Below, piece by piece: positions 9,080 through 17,233 of a DNA stretch of 64,000 bases. The stretch is from a virus: the IMG/VR virus record IMGVR_UViG_3300017605_000956, positions 1 to 64,000 of that record. One strand, 5' to 3'. The position numbers and the translations under genes were made by a program. Each line of letters opens with the position of its first letter. Position 1 is the first letter of the stretch. The notes under the pieces are model-generated. The model was not told the origin of the DNA and searched no databases. It worked only from the letters and a program-made list of their open reading frames with translations.

Positions 9080-9492
9080 TGAGCGGCAAGTACAAGCCCT
9101 TCGCGACCGCCAAGCTCACGGTGAAGAACAACCGGACCGGCTTCGGCTGGAGGTCTCCCAAGGACATGAAGGTCTTCGTCGACTCGGGTGCGTCCATCAC
9201 CATCCTGCCGCCCGAGGCCCTTCCGGTGCTCAAGCAGAAGACCGGCCACTTCGAGTCGATGCCGGCGCGCGTCCAGACGGCCAACGGCATCAAGGATGCG
9301 ACGGCCCTGAAGGACGCCACGCTCTGCCTCGACGCCGTCTGCTTCCGGGGCAACGTCCTCATCAGCGACGGGATCAACGGCGACGTCCTGATCGGTTCGG
9401 ACTTCCTCACGAAGGCGGGCTGTAAGCTCGACTTCAAAAAGAAGACCCTGAACTGCGGTGGCAAGCGGATCAAATTCAAGATGGAGGCGTAG
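9076..9492 (+). CDS. retropepsin-like aspartic protease
   Basis: FVDSGASITIL, VQTANG flap, VLIGSDFL. Confidence 0.9.
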   Translation: MMSGKYKPFATAKLTVKNNRTGFGWRSPKDMKVFVDSGASITILPPEALPVLKQKTGHFESMPARVQTANGIKDATALKDATLCLDAVCFRGNVLISDGINGDVLIGSDFLTKAGCKLDFKKKTLNCGGKRIKFKMEA

Positions 9493-9531
9493 AAGGTTCC
9501 GTAGCCGAAATATTTATTTGAGGAGGCGGCT

Positions 9532-9765
9532 ATGGAACAACCCAAGGTGGGGCAGCACGTGGTGTACGTGGACGAGCGCGGAGTCGCTCGGGATGCGTTG
9601 GTGACGGCGAACTGGGGTTCGTCGATCAACGTGGTCGTGGTGGAGACGGACGAGAACCAGACCGACAGCTACGGTCGGAAGATCGCCCGGGAAACCAGCC
9701 AGGTGCATCGCAGCAACCAGCAGGCGCCGGGGCGCTACTGGCGCTGGCCCAGCGAAACCGCGTAA
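9532..9765 (+). CDS. small SH3-like phage protein
   Basis: GAGGAGG RBS; PKVGQHVVY...PGRYWRWP. Confidence 0.65.
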   Translation: MEQPKVGQHVVYVDERGVARDALVTANWGSSINVVVVETDENQTDSYGRKIARETSQVHRSNQQAPGRYWRWPSETA

Positions 9766-9837
9766 GCGGTTGAAGCCCGACGAGAGCCGACCTTGACGCG
9801 ACGCTCGACGAGGGCGACTTAGGAACAGGAGATGCTG

Positions 9838-10185
9838 ATGGCTCGACGCAAGCGCCGGATCCGCATGGGCGCGATCGACCGCGACGACATCATGAACGCC
9901 GCGGGCAAGATGAAGCACTTCTGCCTCAAGAAGTGGGACACGAAGCAGTTCGTCTCCGCCTGCTCGAAGACGGTCGACGTGATGACGAAGAACCTGCTCG
10001 CCCAAGGCCCCGAGCTCACCGCCCACAACGTCGCGGCGGCCGCCAACAAGACGGACAAGAAGTGCGAGAGCTACAAGGCCGACCGTCGTGGACGGAACCA
10101 GTACGGCAGCGTGTGCTTCCGCGTGGTGGGCGGCTTCATCCGGCTGCTCTCCCAGTCGAAGCCCGGCCTGCAGGGGAGGCGATAG
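9838..10185 (+). CDS. small basic Cys-pair protein
   Basis: MARRKRRIRMGAI..., two Cys pairs, ends GLQGRR. Confidence 0.7.
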   Translation: MARRKRRIRMGAIDRDDIMNAAGKMKHFCLKKWDTKQFVSACSKTVDVMTKNLLAQGPELTAHNVAAAANKTDKKCESYKADRRGRNQYGSVCFRVVGGFIRLLSQSKPGLQGRR

Positions 10186-10488
10186 ATGCCGATGACGAAG
10201 TTCGAGGTCGAGGACACGTTCCACGAGGTCCTGAGCGTGTGCCGCGGCAAGTACGGGAGCAACCGCTCGAAGAAGGTGTGCAGCCGGGCGGCTCTCACGA
10301 TGAAGACCGAGCTCATGGACCGCGGCATCATCAACGCGAAGAACGTGGCCTCGGTCGCCAACGTGGTCGACCAGGAGTGCGCGAAGTCCGCGAAGGGCGA
10401 CCGGAAAGTCTGCATGAGGGCCGTCGCGACGTTCATCCGTCGCCTGGCATCCCGGAAGCCCGGTCTGAACGGCAGGAAGAGGAGATAG
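10186..10488 (+). CDS. small basic Cys-pair protein
   Basis: two Cys pairs, ends KPGLNGRKRR; paralogous to 9838. Confidence 0.7.
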   Translation: MPMTKFEVEDTFHEVLSVCRGKYGSNRSKKVCSRAALTMKTELMDRGIINAKNVASVANVVDQECAKSAKGDRKVCMRAVATFIRRLASRKPGLNGRKRR

Positions 10489-10490
10489 CC

Positions 10491-10679
10491 ATGGCACGTC
10501 GTCGTCGTCGCTCCCGCATGAGCGGGATCTCGATCCCGGAGGTCAACAAGACCTGCGCCGTCGCCTACAAGGGCGACCCCAAGGCGATCGCGGTGTGCCA
10601 GCGCACGGCGGGCAGCCTGATCCGGAAGATCGTCGCCAACAAGCCCAAGGTCTGCCAGAAGTTCTGCGGCTGCAAGTAG
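10491..10679 (+). CDS. small basic Cys-rich protein
   Basis: MARRRRRSRMSGI...CAVAYKGDPKAIAVC; AGGAG RBS. Confidence 0.7.
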   Translation: MARRRRRSRMSGISIPEVNKTCAVAYKGDPKAIAVCQRTAGSLIRKIVANKPKVCQKFCGCK

Positions 10680-10691
10680 CTCGCCCGAGAG

Positions 10692-10931
10692 ATGGTCACT
10701 CCGGAAGATTTCGCCGCCATGATCAAGGTTCGCCTCTACACGAGGGAGGGGAAGTTTGTCGTCGATGCTCCGTTCCTCCCGTACAAGACCCAGCCCGATG
10801 CGGTACTCTGGGGGAGCAGGTTCTTCATCTGGCACCCGGAGCACAAGCAGTACCGGGAGGGCTACGTCCACTACTGCGTGCCGAACCCGGCCAAGGTCGA
10901 ACGCGAGGAAGGGAACGGTCATGAAAGGTAA
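10692..10931 (+). CDS. hypothetical protein
   Basis: fills the gap; typical codon usage. Confidence 0.55.
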   Translation: MVTPEDFAAMIKVRLYTREGKFVVDAPFLPYKTQPDAVLWGSRFFIWHPEHKQYREGYVHYCVPNPAKVEREEGNGHER

Positions 10932-11271
10932 AGGACTCTCGGGCGCGCTCAAGGTTCGCCAGTGGGCCATCCAGGGCTGCGTCAGACAGTACGGCGGGCG
11001 CAAGAGCGAGCGGTACGGCCGGCGAGGCGGCTACGGCGACCAGATCGAAGCGTGCGTGAAGGCGGTGGACGGAGTCGTGACGGCGATCTCGGAAGGCAAG
11101 GCTCTGTACTTCTCCGACGCGGTCGACCAGGTTTCCAAGGGCTGCGTCAAGCTGCGCGACATGGCGGAGCAGCAGGCCTGCCTCACGGGCGCAACAGAGG
11201 TTCTGCTCAGGTCGAAGGGAACGACGGCGTCGCTCGAGGGGCGTCGCCGCAAGAAGCGGAGGCACAAGTGA
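10921..11271 (+). CDS. small basic Cys-pair protein
   Basis: MKGKGLSGA..., two Cys pairs, ends SLEGRRRKKRRHK. Confidence 0.7.
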   Translation: MKGKGLSGALKVRQWAIQGCVRQYGGRKSERYGRRGGYGDQIEACVKAVDGVVTAISEGKALYFSDAVDQVSKGCVKLRDMAEQQACLTGATEVLLRSKGTTASLEGRRRKKRRHK

Positions 11272-11513
11272 GAAGCGGACTGATCCAGACGAAGGTCTCC
11301 TGTCGCGAGAAGGACAAGGCCATCCCCGCGTTCACCCATCTCGTCCGGGAAGCCAACTGCGCGGGCGTGGTGCTCTGCAACGACCGGGGCCGTCTGTCGA
11401 TCGCGTTCTCCTGCTCGAGGGGCGAGGACACGCGCAAGCTCAAGCGGTCCGTGAACCGCGAGATGCGGCTGCTCAGGCACCACGGCCTCGCGGCCGCTCG
11501 CCGGCGCCGGTAA
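11268..11513 (+). CDS. small basic Cys-rich protein
   Basis: GTGA overlap; 4 Cys; ends GLAAARRRR. Confidence 0.65.
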   Translation: MRSGLIQTKVSCREKDKAIPAFTHLVREANCAGVVLCNDRGRLSIAFSCSRGEDTRKLKRSVNREMRLLRHHGLAAARRRR

Positions 11514-11576
11514 CTCTCCCCTGAGTTGTTGACAAAGGGACCCCGGAGAAGAAACCCAACGGAGAACGAGAGCCCC

Positions 11577-11828
11577 ATGTCGAATCGAAAGCATCGCCTC
11601 CGCGGCCGCGGGAAGCGCCTGGTCGACTGCTCGGTGGTCTGCAAGAAGGCGGGCCAGGTCGACTTCAACGTGTGGCCCCGGAAAGGCGAGAGCGACAACG
11701 AGGCCTGCCTGCGCCGGGCGAAGCTCTTCGTGCCCGGGAATCACTGCGAGATTCTGCGCGCCCGCGGCATCAACGGGCTCAAGCCGATCATGGGCGCCAC
11801 CAAGGTCGGCAGGATCGTTCGAGAGTAG
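11577..11828 (+). CDS. small basic Cys-rich protein
   Basis: MSNRKHRLRGRGKR; 4 Cys. Confidence 0.65.
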   Translation: MSNRKHRLRGRGKRLVDCSVVCKKAGQVDFNVWPRKGESDNEACLRRAKLFVPGNHCEILRARGINGLKPIMGATKVGRIVRE

Positions 11829-11833
11829 CAGGG

Positions 11834-11862
11834 TTGACACCGTATCCTCCGGCGGGTACAGT
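11834..11862 (+). promoter_or_regulatory. sigma70-type promoter
   Basis: TTGACA-N17-TACAGT. Confidence 0.75.
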
Positions 11863-11884
11863 TCCCGAAGACCGGAGGATTGAC

Positions 11885-12139
11885 GTGGCGAAACACGCAT
11901 CCAAGAAGAACAAGGAACTCCACACCGCGTTCATCCCCACGAAGGTCGTCTGCGAGAGGGGCAAGAAGGACCAGCTCCTCAAGGCCGCCCGGTTCCCGAA
12001 GACGACGTGCATCGACCGGACGACGTTCTGCCACGAAGGGAAGCTGTACATCAAGGCCACGTGCGATACGAAGGGCGCGGCGATGTCCTACGCCGATCGT
12101 GTAAAGCCCCTCATCACGGTTCTCCAGAAAGTTCTCTGA
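11885..12139 (+). CDS. small basic Cys-rich protein (similar layout to 11268)
   Basis: GGAGG RBS, GTG start; IPTKVVC vs IQTKVSC; 4 Cys. Confidence 0.65.
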   Translation: MAKHASKKNKELHTAFIPTKVVCERGKKDQLLKAARFPKTTCIDRTTFCHEGKLYIKATCDTKGAAMSYADRVKPLITVLQKVL

Positions 12140-12152
12140 AGGGAGCTCGGAC

Positions 12153-12941
12153 ATGGTCGCACCCCTGGTGATCGCGGGCCTCGGCGTCCTGGCCGCCGGC
12201 GCCGCCAACGTCGTGATCGGCAAGGCGAAGACCATCTACGCCGTCATCCGGATCCTGCACCGGAATCTGGTCGGCAAGATGTTCGACGACGTCTCGAAGG
12301 CCGAGGCGTACCAGGAAGAGCTCTCCCGCCACGGCCACAGCTCCATCATCGTCCAGAAGGTCTCCGGCGACAACGGCCGGGGAACGCGCTACACGTCGCT
12401 CCACCCCGTCCAGTCGATGAAGCCCGGGATGCACGGGATGCTGGGCAAGGCCTTCAGCGTCGCCCCTCCGGGCTACTGGCTGGTCAAGTGGCGCGCGCCG
12501 GGCTCGACCAATGAGCACCTCGAAGTCTTCGAGTTCGAGCGCGAGGCGAAGGAGCGCGTCCGCAACCTCCAGCAGGAGGCGGCCTGGGCGAGCACGTCGA
12601 TGGTGCCCCGGACGAAGCGGACGGCCGCGCATCCGAAGCTGCCCAAGAACGCCGTCCGGAAGATGGGCAACGCCCGCACGCTCGACACCAAGGACCAGCA
12701 GGAACAGGCCATCCTCCTCACCACGCGCTATCCCGCGGCCGAGCGGTTCCAGCGCGCCCGCACCGGCCCGTTCCCCGAGACGGCCCTGTTCGCCCAGAAC
12801 AAGGAAGTCCAGGTCCCCCTCTTCGATCAGACCACCTCGAGCCACGAGTGGAAGACGAGCGTCGTGACGGAGGCTCCCCCGGACAGCCCCCGCCAGCCGG
12901 ATATGCTCACCGTCGTCCAGTCGCTCCAGGATCCTGACTGA
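12153..12941 (+). CDS. N-terminally membrane-anchored hypothetical protein
   Basis: hydrophobic N-terminus; typical codon usage. Confidence 0.65.
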   Translation: MVAPLVIAGLGVLAAGAANVVIGKAKTIYAVIRILHRNLVGKMFDDVSKAEAYQEELSRHGHSSIIVQKVSGDNGRGTRYTSLHPVQSMKPGMHGMLGKAFSVAPPGYWLVKWRAPGSTNEHLEVFEFEREAKERVRNLQQEAAWASTSMVPRTKRTAAHPKLPKNAVRKMGNARTLDTKDQQEQAILLTTRYPAAERFQRARTGPFPETALFAQNKEVQVPLFDQTTSSHEWKTSVVTEAPPDSPRQPDMLTVVQSLQDPD

Positions 12942-12994
12942 TCGGGTTTCGCCCCCGCTTCGCGGGGGCGAACGAAGAAGCTGGGGGAGTTGCG

Positions 12995-13312
12995 ATGACC
13001 GCGCAGATTCAAGTTCGTGAGCTCGGCCAGATCAAGGGCCTGGGCGAGATCACGTGGACCCGTCAGACCAACGAACGCCTCGTCGCCGCGGGGCTCTCGG
13101 TCGGAGTCGGCGCGCTCCTGGGCGTCGGCATCAACCTGATCCAGAAGCCCAAGGGCATGACCCGCATGGCGACCTGGCTCTCCGTCGTCGGCTCGATGAT
13201 CGCGCTGGGCTCGTCGCTCATCCCGGTCGAGGGCTCGTTCTTCACCCACATCAGCACCGTCTCGGGCGGCCTCACGGGGTATCATGCCGTGACCGCCATG
13301 ATGTCCAAGTAA
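12995..13312 (+). CDS. small membrane protein with GLGEI motif
   Basis: ELGQIKGLGEI followed by 2-3 TM. Confidence 0.7.
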   Translation: MTAQIQVRELGQIKGLGEITWTRQTNERLVAAGLSVGVGALLGVGINLIQKPKGMTRMATWLSVVGSMIALGSSLIPVEGSFFTHISTVSGGLTGYHAVTAMMSK

Positions 13313-13322
13313 GGGATCGACG

Positions 13323-13817
13323 ATGACGAAACCCATTCGCGGCCTCGGCAAGATCGGCAGTGGCATCGAGAGCGACGTGGGCCTCTCGATCATGCAGCTC
13401 GGCATGATCACGGGCCTGCACGCCGCGATCTCGCCAAGCCTGTTCACCTTCGCCTGCTTCGCCAAGAAGCCCGAGGAGTGCAAGATCGCGCGGAGGACCC
13501 TCTGGGTTTCTCTTCTCGCGACGACGCTGACCAACGTCGGCGTCCTCTTCGCCTTTGGGCGGTGGGCTCCCGCGATCGCCGGACAGATCACGGGCACCGG
13601 TCTCTTCGCGCTGGGGATGCGAGCCATCGCCAACGCCGAGGAGGCGCCGGCCGTGCCGTCGATGGAAGTGAAGCCGGAAGAGATCAGCGAAGGGATTCAC
13701 GGGCTGGGCATCATCGAGCAGCAGCCCGAGGTCCTCGTCGGCCAGGATCACTGGCTCGACCGTGAATGGGCAGATCGGTATGACGACTGGTGGGCCACGC
13801 CCGCCGCGAGACTTTGA
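13323..13817 (+). CDS. membrane protein with GLG motifs
   Basis: IRGLGKI, IHGLGII; 3 hydrophobic segments. Confidence 0.7.
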   Translation: MTKPIRGLGKIGSGIESDVGLSIMQLGMITGLHAAISPSLFTFACFAKKPEECKIARRTLWVSLLATTLTNVGVLFAFGRWAPAIAGQITGTGLFALGMRAIANAEEAPAVPSMEVKPEEISEGIHGLGIIEQQPEVLVGQDHWLDREWADRYDDWWATPAARL

Positions 13818-13829
13818 TAGGGAGATGCC

Positions 13830-14351
13830 ATGCTCAAGCAGAACGAAAAAATGATGATCGGTGGCGCGGCGACGATCGCCGTGAACTCCACCATCCACTT
13901 CCTCGTCGCGAAGACGCCCTTCAAGACGCCGGAAGCTCCGAAGGTCGGGAAGAACGACTACGTGGCGCTGGGCCTCGAGCTCGGCGTCTCGGGCCTGTCG
14001 TACCTGGTCTTCGGCCCGGTACCCGCCATCGTGGGCGGCGTCGAGGCGCTGGCGCTGTTCGGCCTGCGTCTCGCCGGCGTCGGCCCGAAGGCTCCGGTCG
14101 AGGAGGAGGAGAAGCCGGCGCCGTCGTCGGCGAGCCTCCCTGCTCCCAAGACGACGGACGCGCCCGCTCCCAAGCCCGCGGCGCCGTCGCGTGAAGAGTT
14201 CCAGAACCCCGACGACTTCTCCGGCCCGGAGGACTTCGGCAACCCCGAGGACTTCGGCGGCCGCGAGGACTTCGCCAACCCCGACGTGCTCGAGGGCCGC
14301 GGCCGCAACCGTAGCCCCGAAGTCATGAACGGCGTGAGGTTCTACAGGTAA
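13830..14351 (+). CDS. membrane protein with acidic hexapeptide repeats
   Basis: hydrophobic N-half; [ED]DFxxP repeats. Confidence 0.7.
   Translation: MLKQNEKMMIGGAATIAVNSTIHFLVAKTPFKTPEAPKVGKNDYVALGLELGVSGLSYLVFGPVPAIVGGVEALALFGLRLAGVGPKAPVEEEEKPAPSSASLPAPKTTDAPAPKPAAPSREEFQNPDDFSGPEDFGNPEDFGGREDFANPDVLEGRGRNRSPEVMNGVRFYR
14193..14300 (+). repeat. six imperfect 18-bp coding tandem repeats
   Basis: EEFQNP DDFSGP EDFGNP EDFGGR EDFANP DVLEGR. Confidence 0.85.
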
Positions 14352-14355
14352 GCCG

Positions 14356-14628
14356 ATGATCATCGAAGGGCTGGGACAGATCCATCCGGGCGCTCCCCTG
14401 GGCGCGATCCGGCTGGACGGCGTGACGAAGCTGATCGTCAATCCGTGGGCCGCGATTGGCACGGATGCCCTGCTCTTCACGATGTCGGCGGCGACGTTCG
14501 TGCTGACCAAGAACCCGATCCTGAAGACACTCTCGATCCTGGGCGGGATCTGGGGCGTGACGGCCATCGCTCTTGAGACGTCGAAGCTCACCGGCGAGGC
14601 CAGCGACCCGATCTCGCGAGAGTACTGA
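14356..14628 (+). CDS. small 2-TM protein with GLGQI motif
   Basis: IIEGLGQIH..PLGAIRLDGV followed by 2 TM. Confidence 0.65.
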   Translation: MIIEGLGQIHPGAPLGAIRLDGVTKLIVNPWAAIGTDALLFTMSAATFVLTKNPILKTLSILGGIWGVTAIALETSKLTGEASDPISREY

Positions 14629-14822
14629 TGGACACCCCTCCTGCCGAGAAGATCGACTGCGAGGGGTGTTCCGGACGGGGCTTCACGATGTCCGTCGACG
14701 AGGACACCGGAACCAGGCAGCCAAAAGAACACAGCCGGTGCAACGGCGCCGGCATTCTGATCTACAGGGGCACAGGGAATGGAGGGGAGCCGGTATACAC
14801 GGCTCCGAAACTGTGGGCATGA
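14628..14822 (+). CDS. DnaJ-type zinc-finger mini-protein
   Basis: CEGCSGRG and HSRCNGAG. Confidence 0.6.
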   Translation: MDTPPAEKIDCEGCSGRGFTMSVDEDTGTRQPKEHSRCNGAGILIYRGTGNGGEPVYTAPKLWA

Positions 14823-15364
14823 ACTGGTGGGGCCTTCACGTCAAGCACACCGTCACGTACACTAAGGCGGCCAAGTCCAAGAACCGGATCGACATCCTTC
14901 GCGCGCTGATCTCGCTGCTCGACGGCGTCGGGTGGTGGGGAGGCATGGTCGCGGCGAAGGGCGGCGAGGCCAACGGGATCCTCGCCCACGGCCTGATGGC
15001 CGAGCACATCGTCGCTGCGAAGATGCTGGCCGACCAGCTCCCGGCGAACGATGAGGGCAGCGTGAAGGTGGCGCTCGAGCTGCTCTCCCGGAACGCGGAC
15101 TTCCAGGCGATGTTCTTCGGGGCGGCGTTCAACGAGTTCCCTCACGCCGAGTTTCGCAAGCTGATGACCGGGCACCTCGAGGCGCTCAACGGCTACGTCC
15201 ACGACTGGAACGCCGGGGACGAGGCCTCGTTCAACGCCCACGTCGCGGCCGCCATGAAGAACGCCGCGGACCTCGACGAGTTCACGTCCAAGAACCTCGT
15301 CGTCCACCGTCGTCCGACTCCCCAGCCGGCGCCGGAGACGGAGGACGAGCCCGTCGCGCCTTGA
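14819..15364 (+). CDS. His-containing helical-bundle protein, possibly metal-binding
   Basis: repeated W/L..H, LMAEHI, LMTGHL, NAD/NAA motifs. Confidence 0.6.
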   Translation: MNWWGLHVKHTVTYTKAAKSKNRIDILRALISLLDGVGWWGGMVAAKGGEANGILAHGLMAEHIVAAKMLADQLPANDEGSVKVALELLSRNADFQAMFFGAAFNEFPHAEFRKLMTGHLEALNGYVHDWNAGDEASFNAHVAAAMKNAADLDEFTSKNLVVHRRPTPQPAPETEDEPVAP

Positions 15365-15388
15365 CCTGCCTACGGGCAGAGCTATACT
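15361..15388 (+). promoter_or_regulatory. sigma70-type promoter
   Basis: TTGACC-N16-TATACT. Confidence 0.65.
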
Positions 15389-15408
15389 CCATCTCGAGGG
15401 ATCTGCTT

Positions 15409-15861
15409 ATGCCGGTGTCGCACAACCTCCACCTCCGGAAGAAAGACCTGCGTGCCGCCCTCCAGAAGGCAGAGGACGACATCCGCATCACCTGCGAGAC
15501 GAGGGAGATCGGATCCGGCTGCGTCCAGCAGTGCAAGGTCGGTGGGATGATCGTCATCGGCCGGATGTACGAAGAGATCAACCGCGTTCGTGCGAACGAG
15601 GGCATGGGCATGAAGAAGATCAGGCTCGCCGGCGGGAAGCTCGGCATCATCGTCTCCCCGATGGAAGACTGCCCCAAGGGCTTCGAGGAGATCGTCGTCC
15701 GCGGCGGCAAGAACCCTCGCGTCAAAATCTGCCGCCTGGACGAGAACCACCGGAAGAAGTGGGCGCCCAAGGGCAAGCCCGCCCACAAGGGCGCGCTGCG
15801 CCGGAAGACGAAGCCCCGCTACCTGCCGGGCGTCACCACCCGGGACATCCGCGAGGGATAG
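15409..15861 (+). CDS. basic Cys-rich protein
   Basis: GAGG RBS; Cys pairs; RLAGG; K/R-rich tail. Confidence 0.65.
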   Translation: MPVSHNLHLRKKDLRAALQKAEDDIRITCETREIGSGCVQQCKVGGMIVIGRMYEEINRVRANEGMGMKKIRLAGGKLGIIVSPMEDCPKGFEEIVVRGGKNPRVKICRLDENHRKKWAPKGKPAHKGALRRKTKPRYLPGVTTRDIREG

Positions 15862-16038
15862 ATGGCGAAGCCCCGACTGTCCTGCCGTGAGGTCCAGGTC
15901 TTCGTCGAGATGGGCGTCTTCAAGTCGGGCGACGTCGCCAAGCTGGCCCGACAGGGCGTGATCTCGATGAGCTGCGCCGAAGAGACTCGGCTCAAGATCG
16001 CCCGCAAGATCCAGATGAACGGTCGACGGAGGAAGTGA
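15862..16038 (+). CDS. 58-aa basic protein (not in ORF track)
   Basis: MAKPRLSC...KIQMNGRRRK; abuts genes on both sides. Confidence 0.65.
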   Translation: MAKPRLSCREVQVFVEMGVFKSGDVAKLARQGVISMSCAEETRLKIARKIQMNGRRRK

Positions 16039-16238
16039 TGGCTCGCAAGAAGGGCAAGCGCCGCCTCGCCGGCGAGATCACCGGCACCGACCTCCAGACG
16101 GCAATCCGCCTCGGCAAGAAGAACTGCGAGCGAACCTACGCCGACGACAACAAGGTCAAGATCAACGCCTGCTTCGACGGGGTGATCCAGGGAGCTCAGG
16201 CTCTCGACTGGGTCCATCGTGGAAAGGGAAGGTCGTAA
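16038..16238 (+). CDS. small basic Cys-pair protein
   Basis: MARKKGKRRLAGEI...CERTY..NACFDGV. Confidence 0.7.
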   Translation: MARKKGKRRLAGEITGTDLQTAIRLGKKNCERTYADDNKVKINACFDGVIQGAQALDWVHRGKGRS

Positions 16239-17029
16239 TGGACAGCGTCTTCAAGCTGACCGCGCTCGACAAACCCCTGCGGCCGATCATCGGGTACCCG
16301 GGCGGCAAGAACCGCCTGGCGAAGAAGATCCTCGAGCACGCGCCCAAGCACACGATCTACGTCGAGCCCTTCATGGGCTCGGCCTCCGTCTTCTTCGCGA
16401 AGCCTCCCGCGGCGAAGAACGTGCTGAACGACATCGACCCCCAGCTCGTGAAGTTCCACCGGGACTTCTCGTGCCCCCGGCTCACGTCCTGCGTCGCGCG
16501 GAATCCCGCCACGATCGCCAACCGGAAGAAGTTCACCCAGCGGTTCCGGAAGGGCTCGACCGACACGTGCGATTACTTCATGGCCCGCCGGCTGTCCTTC
16601 AACTCCAACGGCAAGGACGTCAACCTGTCCAAGCCGTCGACGGCCCACGTCGGGAAGCACACCGTGAAGCACTGCTGGGAGCTCCGCGCGAAGCTGAACA
16701 AGGCGACGATCCTGAATCAGGACTTCCGGAAGGTCGCCAAGGACAACGACAAGGCGGGCGCGTTCCAGTTCTGGGATCCGCCCTACGAGGGTCGCGCCAA
16801 GGGCCTCTACAAGTTCGAGGAGGGCACATCGCCCCAGGCGGTCTGCGACGCCGCTCGAGGCCTGAAGAAAGCGAAGGTCCTGATCACGCACTACAACACG
16901 ACCGAGGTGCGCGAGGCCTGCGCCGGCCTCTACATGAAGACGATCCCGTACCAGTACGTCTCCCGGAACCGCAACCACGGCAAGGTCCACCAGGTGAAGG
17001 AGCTGCTGGTCGCGAACTACCCCCTCTAG
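16238..17029 (+). CDS. Dam-like (D12 class) DNA adenine methyltransferase
   Basis: YPGGKNRL, YVEPFMGSASV, VLNDID, DPPY. Confidence 0.92.
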   Translation: MDSVFKLTALDKPLRPIIGYPGGKNRLAKKILEHAPKHTIYVEPFMGSASVFFAKPPAAKNVLNDIDPQLVKFHRDFSCPRLTSCVARNPATIANRKKFTQRFRKGSTDTCDYFMARRLSFNSNGKDVNLSKPSTAHVGKHTVKHCWELRAKLNKATILNQDFRKVAKDNDKAGAFQFWDPPYEGRAKGLYKFEEGTSPQAVCDAARGLKKAKVLITHYNTTEVREACAGLYMKTIPYQYVSRNRNHGKVHQVKELLVANYPL

Positions 17030-17040
17030 CTCCATTCCAG

Positions 17041-17088
17041 CCGGGGAGCGGCTCCTCCGAGGTCCCAAGCCGCTCTCCGGTTTTTTTT
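17041..17088 (+). terminator. intrinsic terminator
   Basis: ccggggagcggct/agccgctctccgg stem followed by T8. Confidence 0.8.
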
Positions 17089-17170
17089 ATCGACCCGATC
17101 CCGCGGGGAGTCGACACTTTCGTCGGCTCCCCGTTTTTTCTCCCGGCCGACCGATTCCCCCATGCGTCCT

Positions 17171-17213
17171 ATCGCGACTGGGGCTTGCCCCAGTCGCGAT
17201 GTGGGGCTATAGT
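17171..17213 (+). promoter_or_regulatory. promoter overlapped by a 14-bp inverted repeat (putative operator)
   Basis: TTGCCC-N17-TATAGT; atcgcgactggggc-tt-gccccagtcgcgat at 17171-17200. Confidence 0.6.
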
Positions 17214-17233
17214 CCCCTTTGATGCCAACGAAG

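Noticed and set aside
11529-11557. Promoter at TTGACA 11529
   Set aside because: No acceptable -10 element at 16-18 nt spacing.
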